A stretch of 64,000 nt of DNA from an uncultured Pseudomonadota bacterium (GTDB taxonomy: Bacteria > Oederibacteriota > Muellerivitia > Muellerivitales > Muellerivitaceae): positions 1 to 64,000 of the forward strand of contig CAWJKT010000014.1 in NCBI GenBank assembly GCA_963843375.1. Reading direction: 5' to 3'. Positions within the stretch are counted from its first letter, which is position 1. The number at the start of each line of letters is the position of its first letter. The notes beneath the pieces are model-generated. The model was given only the letters and a program-made list of their open reading frames with translations. It was not told where the DNA came from and did no database searches. Position numbers and translations under genes: made by a program. This document shows, piece by piece, positions 20,357 through 30,335 of this stretch.

Positions 20357-21868
20357 ATGACTCAACTCAAAAAAAATATTGTGGCCAATTTTGGCGGTAG
20401 TTTATGGACGGGATTAATGAGTCTTGTCTTTGTGCCGCTCTATATTCATTTCATGGGCATTGAGGCCTATGGTCTTGTCGGATTTTTCACGACTTTACTT
20501 GCCCTTTTTTCATTGCTGGATATGGGGCTGAGCAATACTTTGAATAGGGAAATGGCACGCCTTGCCGTTGCTGAAAATAAGTCCCAGGAGATGCGCGATC
20601 TCGTGCGGACCTTAGAAATCCCATACTGGGCAGTGGGCCTGCTCATCAGTCTCCTGGTTATCCTCTTTGCCCCCTTCATTGCCTACCACTGGGTTAACGC
20701 GGAAAACCTCTCGCCCAAAAGCGTCCAAACCGCTATTAGGCTCATGGGTTTGGCGGTCGCTTTTCAATGGCCGATGAGCTTCTATTCGGGCGGGTTGATG
20801 GGGCTCCAACGGCAGGTATTGTTGAATGGCATTAACGCAGCGATGGCCACTTTCCGCGGACTTGGGGCGGTGTTTATCCTTTGGCTTGTTTCCCCCACCG
20901 TGGAGGCTTTTTTTATCTGGCAATTTGTCGTCAGCGTCGCCAATATCAGTTTGATCGTCTTTTTCCTCTGGCGCAGATTGCCGGTCGCGCCTGAGAAACC
21001 CCGTTTTCGCCGCGAACTTTTTATGAACATTTGGCGTTTCGCCGCTGGTGTCACTGGAATCACCGTGTTGGTCACCATTCTCACGCAACTGGATAAAATC
21101 ATCCTCAGCCGTATGTTGAGCTTGAAAATGTTCGGCTATTATTCACTGGCTTATGTCGTTGCCATGACCCTTTATCGTTTCATCGCCCCGGTTTTCTCGG
21201 CTGCGTACCCTCAGTTTACGAATCTAGTGGCGTTGGGAGCGACAGAAGAAATAACCCGGCTTTACCACAAAAGCGCTCAATTAGTATCGGTGCTCGTTCT
21301 GCCCGCGACGTTGGTGGCTTCGCTTTTCTCCAAGGAAATACTGTTACTGTGGACCCGCAGCCCGGAAACGACGCAAAATACACATCTGCTGGTAAGCATT
21401 CTTGTCATTGGAACGGCCTTAAACGGTCTCATGAATATCCCTTATGCCCTGCAATTAGCCTCAGGGTGGACAAAGCTTACTTTTTACTTCAACCTTGTTT
21501 GCGTTCTGCTTTTGGCACCGCTAATTATTCTGCTCACCAAATTGTACGGTGCGGTGGGGGCGGCAAGCGTGTGGGTGATTCTCAACACGGGTTATGTGAT
21601 GCTATATATTCCGATTATGCACCGGCGGTTACTGCGGATGGAGAAATGGCGCTGGTATTTTGAAGACGTTGGACTCCCCCTTTTCGCGGCGGCGGCAGTC
21701 AGCGTGGCCGGGCGTTGCATCATTAGGACCGATTGGCCCCCCCTGCTGCTTATTCCGAGCATTGGCCTGATAAGCGGTGGGTCGCTTCTGACTTCCGCCT
21801 GCGTCGCTAATAAGCTTGATGCTATAATAAGATTAAAGTCGTTTTTTAATACGTTACAAGCGCGATAA
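20357..21868 (+). CDS. wzx: Wzx oligosaccharide flippase
   Basis: 'LKKNIVANF', 'EAYGLVG', 'LDMGL', 'QLDKIILS'; about 12-14 TMs. Confidence 0.92.
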   Translation: MTQLKKNIVANFGGSLWTGLMSLVFVPLYIHFMGIEAYGLVGFFTTLLALFSLLDMGLSNTLNREMARLAVAENKSQEMRDLVRTLEIPYWAVGLLISLLVILFAPFIAYHWVNAENLSPKSVQTAIRLMGLAVAFQWPMSFYSGGLMGLQRQVLLNGINAAMATFRGLGAVFILWLVSPTVEAFFIWQFVVSVANISLIVFFLWRRLPVAPEKPRFRRELFMNIWRFAAGVTGITVLVTILTQLDKIILSRMLSLKMFGYYSLAYVVAMTLYRFIAPVFSAAYPQFTNLVALGATEEITRLYHKSAQLVSVLVLPATLVASLFSKEILLLWTRSPETTQNTHLLVSILVIGTALNGLMNIPYALQLASGWTKLTFYFNLVCVLLLAPLIILLTKLYGAVGAASVWVILNTGYVMLYIPIMHRRLLRMEKWRWYFEDVGLPLFAAAAVSVAGRCIIRTDWPPLLLIPSIGLISGGSLLTSACVANKLDAIIRLKSFFNTLQAR

Positions 21869-21988
21869 CAGGGAAAAATACGATGATGTCCGATTTCGGC
21901 GCTTGTTTTGGATCGCCTGTCGGGCCGTTTCAAAAATGAGTACCATCGATCCAATTGTGATTAAATCTGACTCGGAAAGAGGCAATAA

Positions 21989-23464
21989 GTGGGTGATTCT
22001 GACCCCTTGGTGACCATTATTATTTTGCCTTGTAAAGGGGAAACGCGTTTGGAAGAAGGCTTGTCGAGTCTTTTCAACCAAACTTTCAACAAACTTGAAA
22101 TTGTCATTATTGACCGGGGCTCCGATGAGGTAACCAGGAAGAAGATTCAGGAGACAACCAATCAACCTGAAAAGATCAGCGTTGAACATTTCTTCAAGTC
22201 CGATAATGAGACTTTAGGTAAGACGCTCAACCGTATTTGGGGAAAAACTAAAGGCGAATATGTTGTGGTCGTCACTTCCAATGATGTATTTCTGCCATTC
22301 TGGATTGAGAAAAGTATAGCCGTCTTTAAAGGTTTGGAAGAGACCTTCGGGGTAGTTTATTCGGATGGGTTTATTGTCAACTCAAAAGGCGAAAAAATCG
22401 ACAGGTATTCCAATCGATTCCCGGTTCCCATCGGAAAAAACATCCATCAGGAACTTTTGCTTGGTAATTGGATTCCGACTCAAAGTGTTTTGATTAAAAG
22501 GTCATGTTTTACCGAAAGTGACTTGTTCGACGAGGATTTTGAAACGGGTCATTATGGCCACCTCTTAAAAATATCGAAAAACAACAAATTCTTTTATGTT
22601 ACCGATCCGCTTTTTCATTATCGAGTGGACGAGGGCTATTTAGAGGAGACCGAGGCCAAAATTCCTGTTTCATTAGCCCTAACCCAATACCCGGCGTTGA
22701 AAAAATTCAATTTGTTCATAGAACTGTATCGAAAAAGAAGTCTGAGATTTTTATTTTACTTGAGCTTTTTCAATGTCGAGTTGCTGATCCGAAGTAAGGT
22801 ACGGCAGTTACAAAATAGGTTTAAGTTGATGAATTTAAGTTGTCCTCAATTTCTGTTTGCCTTATTTGAAATTCTGTTGGAAGGGATAGCGGCCAGGCTT
22901 AAGTATTATTTAAACTTAATGACGGGGTTAACCATCGGTCGGGGTTCACGGATTCATGGGAAAATAATTGTCTCGGGCAGTCGTAAAAATATTAAACTTG
23001 GGAAATCCGTCCGAATTGTCGGAAATGTAACTTTTGTAACGGAACCCAGCCGTAAAAGAATGAACATCTTTGTCGGAGACGGCACCACGATTTATCGTAA
23101 CGCCACTCTTTTTTGCCACGGTGGAAATATTACGATCGGAAAGAATTGTTTTATCGGTCCCGGCGTGCATATCCAAGGTGGAGGTGACATCTTTATCGGC
23201 GATAATACGATGATCGCGGCCAATACGATGTTGTTCGCCTCGAATCACGTCATGGACGACAGAAAAAAGCCCTTTATTGAACAAGGGGAAAAATTTATCG
23301 GCATTTCGATCGGCCAAAATTGTTGGATCAGTACAAGCGTCGTTGTCCTCGATGGAGTTGTTTTGGGCGAAAATTGCGTCGTTGGCGCTAATTGTGTTTT
23401 GCGAGGAAGCTACCCCAAGGACTCGAAAATAGTTTCGAAAAGTGTCTTGGGCAGCACAGTTTAG
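21989..23464 (+). CDS. GT2 glycosyltransferase domain fused to a left-handed beta-helix (hexapeptide) acyltransferase
   Basis: N-half GT2-like ('IIDRGSD', 'FDEDF'); C-half hexapeptide repeats 'ITIGKNCFIGPGV', 'IFIGDNTMIA', 'ASNH', 'ISIGQNCWI', 'VVGAN'. Confidence 0.85.
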   Translation: MGDSDPLVTIIILPCKGETRLEEGLSSLFNQTFNKLEIVIIDRGSDEVTRKKIQETTNQPEKISVEHFFKSDNETLGKTLNRIWGKTKGEYVVVVTSNDVFLPFWIEKSIAVFKGLEETFGVVYSDGFIVNSKGEKIDRYSNRFPVPIGKNIHQELLLGNWIPTQSVLIKRSCFTESDLFDEDFETGHYGHLLKISKNNKFFYVTDPLFHYRVDEGYLEETEAKIPVSLALTQYPALKKFNLFIELYRKRSLRFLFYLSFFNVELLIRSKVRQLQNRFKLMNLSCPQFLFALFEILLEGIAARLKYYLNLMTGLTIGRGSRIHGKIIVSGSRKNIKLGKSVRIVGNVTFVTEPSRKRMNIFVGDGTTIYRNATLFCHGGNITIGKNCFIGPGVHIQGGGDIFIGDNTMIAANTMLFASNHVMDDRKKPFIEQGEKFIGISIGQNCWISTSVVVLDGVVLGENCVVGANCVLRGSYPKDSKIVSKSVLGSTV

Positions 23465-23490
23465 GAATTGCAAATAAAGGAAGAGACGGC

Positions 23491-24261
23491 ATGATGCTTG
23501 AAACTTGTCTAATTCTTACCGCCACTATTAATCCCCATGGCATTGAACAATTGGTCATCGCGGATCCCCAAATAAGACTCCGCCAATATGTAGAAGCTCT
23601 TAAATTATTTCTTCTTGACGGGTCGGTGGATAAGATCGTTTTTTGTGAAAATAGCGGTCATGATCTTAAAGAATTACGGAATATGGCGGCGTCCCACAAC
23701 CGGCCAGGACGAGAGGTTGAATTTCTTGGCTTTAAAGGTCCGAAATTCCCCCGCCGATTGGGGAAGGGCTATGGTGAAATGTTGATGCTGGCCACTGCCT
23801 TCAAACGGTCGCGCCTGATCCGATCTTCCAAATGGTATGTGAAATGTACTGGACGACTTCAAGTACTGAATTTTAACCGGCAGGTAAAATTTTTCCAGGC
23901 GTCGGATCGGCCGGATGTTTCCTCCGATTTGTCCGCTAATTTGGCTTTTGCGGACTCGAGATTTTTCTTTTTCAAAAGGTCTTTTTTTCAAAAACTAAGC
24001 GGATACCAAAACTGGTTGGATGACAGTCGGGGCCAATTTTTTGAGCATGCCCTCGCCCGGGCGGTTCATCAAGAGATCGCCAAGGGCGGGCGGTGGGAAC
24101 CTCTACCTTTTTTACCTAGGATAAAGGGCGTTTCCGCCACAAAGGGAGGTTTTTATAAATCCAATCTTTTATCTTATTGGCCTAGGGAGATGCGGTATCA
24201 GGTCAAACGCTGGTCCTATCGGATATCCCCTTACGGTAATTCCAAGCTTTGTAAGGCCTAA
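23491..24261 (+). CDS. Conserved hypothetical protein of polysaccharide loci (probable GT-A-like transferase)
   Basis: 'LILTATINP', 'RLRQY', 'ENSG', 'GKGYGE', 'KCTGRL', 'DSRFF', 'FEH'; start from ATG ATG at 23491 (track 23392). Confidence 0.65.
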   Translation: MMLETCLILTATINPHGIEQLVIADPQIRLRQYVEALKLFLLDGSVDKIVFCENSGHDLKELRNMAASHNRPGREVEFLGFKGPKFPRRLGKGYGEMLMLATAFKRSRLIRSSKWYVKCTGRLQVLNFNRQVKFFQASDRPDVSSDLSANLAFADSRFFFFKRSFFQKLSGYQNWLDDSRGQFFEHALARAVHQEIAKGGRWEPLPFLPRIKGVSATKGGFYKSNLLSYWPREMRYQVKRWSYRISPYGNSKLCKA

Positions 24262-24479
24262 AGTCCCCAAGCCTGAACTCGAAATAATCAGTAGATCGGA
24301 TGAATTTAAATTTTATAATGCTTTGAAACGCGATCCGGCTTAATCCTCTGAATTGAAGGCAAAAAGCGAATGGGGTGCGCTGTTATGCGGGATTTTCGAA
24401 AAATAGACGACGTCTATTCCTTGGAATTCCAAATTTTGGATTGCCGGTCGTAAGTACCAATTCTGTTCATGGATGATCA

Positions 24480-25637
24480 ATGGCTTTATACCTCTTGTTT
24501 TTGTTACCGGCTTTTTTGACGTTGTTTTTCAGTTCCCGTATCGATCCTTTTCGTTTGTTTTGGGTTTGGTTGTTTATGTCCATTCCTCTTTGCTTGCTGG
24601 TCCCTTCCGGTAGCCAGGATTTTAAAAATTATGTTATTGATTATGATTTCATCAAGAACTTCTCATTAGATAAGGTTCTGGCGAAGGATCCGTTGTTTTC
24701 TTTGACGACCTATTTTTTCTCCGGATTGGGCGTGCCGGCCGTTCCTTTTTTACTAACTCTTGCATGTCTTGCTTTAGGACTAAAACTGATGATGGTGTCC
24801 AAATTGAGCCGCAATTCCCCCTACGCGATTATCCTTTACGTCGCGTCCTATTTTTTCTTGCACGAATTCACGGAAGTAAGAATCGCAATCGCGATCAGCA
24901 TCTGGATGATGGGCTTGCCCTATTTAGTGTCGGACAAGCGTGTCTATTTTGGATTGGTCCTGTTGGCAACATTGGTTCACTTGCAGGTGGCCATCGCCTT
25001 TTTGATACCTTTTATGCAATATTTATTTTCGAGTAAAAACGGAAGGGTTTTTCTGTTGTTATTGGCTTTTGGAATGATTTTATTGTCGCCAACTAGGATT
25101 TTTGACAGTCTCGGCAAATTCCTTCTGGGGCGAATTCCCGATGTCCGCGCCGACATTTATTTAAAAATAAGCGATATGGGATTATGGGTTCGTCCCAATC
25201 CTTTTAGCGTTATATCTTTGCTCTCTCTCGGAACCGCTGGAACAATTTTCAGGAAATATTGGAAAGAAGACATCGAGTTTTGGAGAAGTAACTTTGAGAT
25301 CACTTGTGCGATTTGCCTTTTAATGGGCGTGCTGTGCCTCGCGTTATTTTCCTCGGTTTCCGTCGCCGCCCTTCGTTTAAGTGAATTCTTTTTTTCCCTG
25401 CTTCCCGTTACCCTTTCCTTTATGTTACAGGACTTTAAAAGTAAAAACGTTCAATTGGAGCTTGTCCTTCTATTAACAGCCGTTTTTTCCTTTATTTTTA
25501 TTTACCATTCGCCTCTTTTGATCGAATCGTTAGGGGTTCAGGAATATCCTGGGATATTCTTCTTGTGGTTGGTTTTTCTTTTCGTGACCGCAGTTCCTTA
25601 TCCTGCGATCTTTCGCCAGCAAAAGAACCGGATTTGA
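24480..25637 (+). CDS. wzy: EpsG-family Wzy polymerase
   Basis: 'DFKNY', 'KDPLF', 'HEFTEVRIAIA', 'LATLVH', 'RLSEFF'; about 10 TMs. Confidence 0.8.
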   Translation: MALYLLFLLPAFLTLFFSSRIDPFRLFWVWLFMSIPLCLLVPSGSQDFKNYVIDYDFIKNFSLDKVLAKDPLFSLTTYFFSGLGVPAVPFLLTLACLALGLKLMMVSKLSRNSPYAIILYVASYFFLHEFTEVRIAIAISIWMMGLPYLVSDKRVYFGLVLLATLVHLQVAIAFLIPFMQYLFSSKNGRVFLLLLAFGMILLSPTRIFDSLGKFLLGRIPDVRADIYLKISDMGLWVRPNPFSVISLLSLGTAGTIFRKYWKEDIEFWRSNFEITCAICLLMGVLCLALFSSVSVAALRLSEFFFSLLPVTLSFMLQDFKSKNVQLELVLLLTAVFSFIFIYHSPLLIESLGVQEYPGIFFLWLVFLFVTAVPYPAIFRQQKNRI

Positions 25638-25730
25638 CGACCATTTCTTTTGGCGATACCTAGCATTTGAAACTTGTTTCAATTTGAGGAACTTGGTACT
25701 TGTCCGGGAAAAAAGTGTTATAAGGAAGAC

Positions 25731-26471
25731 ATGAAACGTTCCAGCGGGCCGGTCTTATCCTTTGTTCTTGCCATCAAAGACCCCATCGAAGCCCAATTTG
25801 ATGCCTGTATTTATTCCATGGCGGCATTAAAAAACTCCCCCCGTTTTGATTTAATCATCATATCAGCCGGAGCGACGCCTGAAATTGTCCCAGCGGTTTT
25901 GAAGAGATTGCATAAGGTAACGGTAATTCGACAAAGGCCTGAGGGTGTTTATCCAGCCTATAATAAAGGACTGGATTACGTCAAAACCGATTACGTCATG
26001 GTAATTGGATGCGATGACATCCTATTACCAGGACTTGACCATGTGATCGATTCCATTCCGGATTATGGAAAACCCGACCTGATTGCTGCCTGTTCCTTGA
26101 TGCAAAACGTTGGAATTTCAAAGCCGAGCCGCTTCAGGTGGGCGTTGGCATTCCGGAATTGGTGCCAGCAAGGATTACTCTACCGGTCCGATGTTTTTAA
26201 GCATAAGCGTTTCGACACAAAATACAAGATACAATCGGACCATAAATTCAACATGGAACTAGTTTCGAATCCCCGCACGACAATACTCCTCAGGCCCGAA
26301 ATCGTCGTTCATTTTTCCAACCAAGGTTTATCTTCTTCCATTGATTGGGCTTTCATGAAAGACATGCCCAGCATCGTGCGTTCCTGTTATGGAAACTTTT
26401 TCTGGATAATTGTCTTGGCCAAAAGAATTCTTGGCAATCTGGTCAAAGGGCGGTCCATGCCTGAAATATAG
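25731..26471 (+). CDS. GT2 glycosyltransferase (WcaE-like)
   Basis: 'EGVYPAYNKG', 'GCDD', 'FDTKYKIQSD'; SD AAGGA before ATG 25731 (track 25674). Confidence 0.8.
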   Translation: MKRSSGPVLSFVLAIKDPIEAQFDACIYSMAALKNSPRFDLIIISAGATPEIVPAVLKRLHKVTVIRQRPEGVYPAYNKGLDYVKTDYVMVIGCDDILLPGLDHVIDSIPDYGKPDLIAACSLMQNVGISKPSRFRWALAFRNWCQQGLLYRSDVFKHKRFDTKYKIQSDHKFNMELVSNPRTTILLRPEIVVHFSNQGLSSSIDWAFMKDMPSIVRSCYGNFFWIIVLAKRILGNLVKGRSMPEI

Positions 26472-26642
26472 CCGCCAAGATAAACCGGAATGGTTTTATG
26501 AACGGCATCCATAAGAAAATTCTAACATTTATGGCAAAATCTTAAAATGGAATCAATTATTTCAAAAAAAACATTATTCATTAATGTCGAAAAAAATCAT
26601 AATCAATGGTCATCTAAGCTCGGAAAAGAATAGAGATAAAAT

Positions 26643-27386
26643 GTGAAAAAAATGAAGATAAGCGTTTGTATGGCGGTTTATAACGGTTCCGAATTTTTAA
26701 AAGAACAATTAACTTCCATTTTGAAACAATTAAAAAAATCAGATGAAGTCGTCATTGTGAACGACGCGTCCCGGGATCATTCCGGGCGGATCATCGAAAA
26801 AATGGGGGATAAAAGAATAAGGCTATTCCATAATTCCGTAAATTTGGGGCTCATTAAAAGCTTTGAAAAGGCCATATCCCTCGCCGATGGCGATATCCTG
26901 TTTTTATCGGACCAAGATGATATATGGATGAAAGGTAAAATTGCTAAAACGCTCGAAGTCTTCAATCGGGTTAAGCCCCTTGTGGTAGTATCAGACGCCA
27001 TACTTGTAGATGCCCGAAAAAAAGTGATTGAAAAATCCTTTTTTTCGATGAGAAATAGTGGCCCAGGGGTCTTTAAAAATATTTATAAAAACACCTATAT
27101 CGGCGCTTGCATGGCTTTTGATTCCAAGGCAAAAGAATGGATCTTGCCCTTCCCGCGAACCATCACGATGCACGATGAGTGGGTGGGAGTTACTTGTAAT
27201 TTCGTTGGTAAGGTTTTCTTTTTTAAGGAACCCCTGGTTTATTACCGTCGACATTTAGGGACCGTGACCAAGGAAAGACGGCTTAAAATGTATAAAGTTA
27301 TCGTAAATCGAATTAAGTTCTTGACGGCTTTGTTTCAAAGATTGTTGAAACTGTTGAAATGTCGTTGGGAAACTCATCGGGCTTGA
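26643..27386 (+). CDS. GT2 glycosyltransferase (rhamnosyltransferase-like)
   Basis: 'SVCMAVYNG', 'LSDQDDIW', 'MHDEW', 'YRRH'. Confidence 0.9.
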   Translation: MKKMKISVCMAVYNGSEFLKEQLTSILKQLKKSDEVVIVNDASRDHSGRIIEKMGDKRIRLFHNSVNLGLIKSFEKAISLADGDILFLSDQDDIWMKGKIAKTLEVFNRVKPLVVVSDAILVDARKKVIEKSFFSMRNSGPGVFKNIYKNTYIGACMAFDSKAKEWILPFPRTITMHDEWVGVTCNFVGKVFFFKEPLVYYRRHLGTVTKERRLKMYKVIVNRIKFLTALFQRLLKLLKCRWETHRA

Positions 27387-27436
27387 AATCGTTTTTTAAC
27401 AATGCCCTTTAATAACGGATAAATGGATTTGCTTCT

Positions 27437-28234
27437 ATGGACGCTCTCGTTGATGTGGGGATAATTTTTACCTATGAACGGGATTTCCTGGTTCCGCTTT
27501 TAAAAAGCCTTCCTCGGGCTTGCGGAAACACCCCGTCCCGGTTGATTCTTATAGACAATAATTCCGGAGCGGATATGGCCGAGTTTACGGCGATGGCTCA
27601 TCCAGTACCGGTTAAAGTCGTGAAGAACCCAAGTCGCTTGAATTACTCGAAAAATCTCAATGTGATTCTCAATCACTCAGACTCTCAATATGTCTTGCTC
27701 ATGAATACGGATATGCTTTTCGTGGAGGGAGACCCTTGTTTAGAAAAAATGGTCCGTTTTATGGAATCCCACGCGGATTGCGGTCTTTCTTGTTGTCGCC
27801 TAATTGGAAACGAAGGACAGTTTATGTGGCCCGCCCGGAGATACCAGAACTTGGGAACCGTTTTATCAAGGCGGCTTCCCTTTTTCTTTAAAAGTGAAAA
27901 AAGAGTGACAGAATACCTCTATCAGCACATGGATCAAAAGGATCGTTTTGATTGCGACTGGGTTTCGGGTTGTTTCATGATGGTACGGAGGAAAGCCTTC
28001 GAGCAAATTGGGCCGGTCGACGAAAAATTCCAGAAATATTTCGAGGACGTGGATTATTGTGCCCGAATGTGGGCCGCAGGCTGGAAAGTTATCTACAACG
28101 GGGAAACCACATGTGTTCATTTGGAACAGAGGGCCAGTAAAAACCTGTTTTCAAAGGACGCTTTCCACCATCTAAAGAGCTATTTCTATTTCCTATCAAA
28201 GTGGGGCTTCCGAAAGTTAAAAGGACCCGAGTGA
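27437..28234 (+). CDS. GT2 glycosyltransferase (WbbL-like)
   Basis: 'IDNNS', 'MNTD', 'DWVSGCFMMVRR', 'YFEDVDYC'. Confidence 0.9.
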   Translation: MDALVDVGIIFTYERDFLVPLLKSLPRACGNTPSRLILIDNNSGADMAEFTAMAHPVPVKVVKNPSRLNYSKNLNVILNHSDSQYVLLMNTDMLFVEGDPCLEKMVRFMESHADCGLSCCRLIGNEGQFMWPARRYQNLGTVLSRRLPFFFKSEKRVTEYLYQHMDQKDRFDCDWVSGCFMMVRRKAFEQIGPVDEKFQKYFEDVDYCARMWAAGWKVIYNGETTCVHLEQRASKNLFSKDAFHHLKSYFYFLSKWGFRKLKGPE

Positions 28235-28836
28235 AGTTACCCAGGAAAATATTTTCGATGAGGAGGGTCTTAGCGCTCTTCCCGGCTGTCGTGCTGTTGA
28301 TTCAATGGCTTTTTTTTGCGTCGGTTTATTTACCCATTGTCCAAAATCCAGTCTCCGTTAAACTTATGGTGGTTTATAGCGGTTATACGACCCTCTTCCA
28401 AGTATGGGAAAAGGCTGATGAGCTGAAACCGGCGGAGGTGCTGATTTCGGGTGTTGATTGGCCGATGAATGAAATCACTGCGACCACGCCCAAGGGACGG
28501 GTTCTTCCGAAGCTTGTGGTCGAGGGTCGGGCACGAACCACGGACCAGAACGCCAGGTATTCGGCTCCCCTCATTAGAACTTCGGGTGCGAATTCGGTAG
28601 TATTGTTACGTCCCTGGTTTCACCTGCCTCGGGCTTTATTTTTGACCCGGTTTTACCTCCGGGGAAGCGGCATTCAAGTGACACCGGTTTCTCTCGATCG
28701 CCTTCCGGCCGATTGGTGGCTCCGAAAAGAATTTTGGTTTGAGATGATCAAGTTTTGGGGAAGCTTGTTCAGAGTGGGTTTAGCCGGATTTGGAATCGAA
28801 GAGTGGCCCCAACATTTGGGAAAATGGAGTTTTTGA
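28201..28836 (+). CDS. YdcF/DUF218 protein, copy 2
   Basis: 'TTDQNARYSAP', 'HLPRALFLTRFYL', 'KFWGSL' shared with 8554..9174; true start probably 28231 or 28258. Confidence 0.8.
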   Translation: MGLPKVKRTRVKLPRKIFSMRRVLALFPAVVLLIQWLFFASVYLPIVQNPVSVKLMVVYSGYTTLFQVWEKADELKPAEVLISGVDWPMNEITATTPKGRVLPKLVVEGRARTTDQNARYSAPLIRTSGANSVVLLRPWFHLPRALFLTRFYLRGSGIQVTPVSLDRLPADWWLRKEFWFEMIKFWGSLFRVGLAGFGIEEWPQHLGKWSF

Positions 28837-28941
28837 AAAATCCACTAACCCGAACCAAAATCCCGCGTAGAAGTGTGATTGGAAAGACGCAAGTGTCGTA
28901 TGATGCTTTTGAAAACGAATAAGCGGATGGAATAAAAGGCG

Positions 28942-30177
28942 ATGCCTAAAATACTGGTTTTATGTGAGTACTTCCGTCCGGACGATGTCGCTGCGGCCAA
29001 GTTCTACACGGATTTTTGTGAGGGCCTCGTGGACAAGGGATGGGAAGTGGAAGTCTGGCCCACGAACCGCAGTTGCCACTACTACAAAGAGCACTATACG
29101 CTTCAAAAGGAAGACCAAAAGGGTGTTCTCATCAGGCGGATTTGGCGCCCGGCTTGGAGCCAACATTCCTTTTGGGGCCGTGTCCTTAATTCCATTTGGA
29201 CCCAAAAGCTCTGGTGGTGGCGGCTTGCGTTTTCACCAAGCGTTAGGCCGGATGTGATTCTCACTGGAACGGCCCCGCTTTTCGGCGTCCTGCTTTCCCC
29301 TTTTTTGAGGCTTCTGAGGCCGAAAGCCCGGATCGTTCATTGGTGTTTCGACCTCTATCCCGAAATCGCGATCGGTGACGGTCTTATTGACGAAAAGGGA
29401 ATCATCGCAAAAATGATCCGCTTCTTCCTAAAAAGGGCCTACCGCTCCAGTGATCTCATCGCGGATTTGGGTCCCTGCATGGGGGGGCTTTTAAACCGTT
29501 ATTCCACCAAGCCCAGCGTGACCCTGAACCTCTGGTCCACGTTGGAACCTTCGGATCCCTTGGCTTGTGAAAATTCCGAGAGAAGGGAAATCTTCGGAGA
29601 AAGTCCCTTAGGTCTATTTTATTCGGGAAGTTTTGGAAGGGGACATGATTTTTATTTGACCTTGAAACTGGCCCGTTTGATGCGCGGCTCCGCCATTTTT
29701 GCTTATAGCGACCGGGGAAGCCGGCTCAATGAATTGAAAAAGGCAGTCAATTCGGAGGACACCAACATCCGCTTTGTTCCTTTTGCGCCACCTGAACGTC
29801 TTTTAGCACGGTTATCCGCGCCGGATGTCCAGGTCGTTTCATTAAGGCCCGAATGGTCCGGGATGATGGTGCCCTCTAAGTTTTTTGGCGCCTTGGCCGT
29901 GGGCAGGCCCGTTTTGTTCGAGGGTAGCGAGCTTTCCGACATCGCTTTGTGGATCAAGGAATACGGGTTAGGGTGGGTTTTAAAAGAGGATAACCTGGAT
30001 TCAGTCGCTGAAGAACTTCTTCTTTTTTCGAAAAGTCCGACTCAAAAAAAAGCTATGTTCGAAAATTGCCATGAAGTCTACCAAGCCCATTTCACGAAGA
30101 AGGCCGTCATGGACAGGTGGGATCATGAGTTGAGATTCCTTCTTTCCCCAACTCCATTGACTAATCGAGAAAAGTGA
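28942..30177 (+). CDS. GT4 glycosyltransferase (WcaI/WbuB-like), copy 2
   Basis: 'EYFRPDD', 'HWCFDLYPE', 'VPSKFFGALAVGRP'; colinear paralog of 9412..10641. Confidence 0.88.
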   Translation: MPKILVLCEYFRPDDVAAAKFYTDFCEGLVDKGWEVEVWPTNRSCHYYKEHYTLQKEDQKGVLIRRIWRPAWSQHSFWGRVLNSIWTQKLWWWRLAFSPSVRPDVILTGTAPLFGVLLSPFLRLLRPKARIVHWCFDLYPEIAIGDGLIDEKGIIAKMIRFFLKRAYRSSDLIADLGPCMGGLLNRYSTKPSVTLNLWSTLEPSDPLACENSERREIFGESPLGLFYSGSFGRGHDFYLTLKLARLMRGSAIFAYSDRGSRLNELKKAVNSEDTNIRFVPFAPPERLLARLSAPDVQVVSLRPEWSGMMVPSKFFGALAVGRPVLFEGSELSDIALWIKEYGLGWVLKEDNLDSVAEELLLFSKSPTQKKAMFENCHEVYQAHFTKKAVMDRWDHELRFLLSPTPLTNREK

Positions 30178-30335
30178 AATCAAAAAAAGATGATGAGTTG
30201 TTGATTACCCGAAGGGAAAGAATGTCAGGGACGCAGACTTTTAGGCTTGCCACGGGCAGTTTTAGGTGAGGCGTGCCATATCGTCGATAACATCCGTCGG
30301 CCACAAGTTTTGGGCGCCGCCAACCACTCAGGGGG

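Noticed and set aside
20393..20404. GGCGGTAG, an ops/JUMPstart-like core
   Set aside because: Lies inside wzx coding sequence (Gly-Gly-Ser), lacks the terminal TG and JUMPstart context, and no rfaH-like gene is in the window
30200..30335. GGGACGCA resembling a c-di-GMP-I riboswitch
   Set aside because: Sits between convergent genes, and the GGCAAA/GNRA elements and stems are not present
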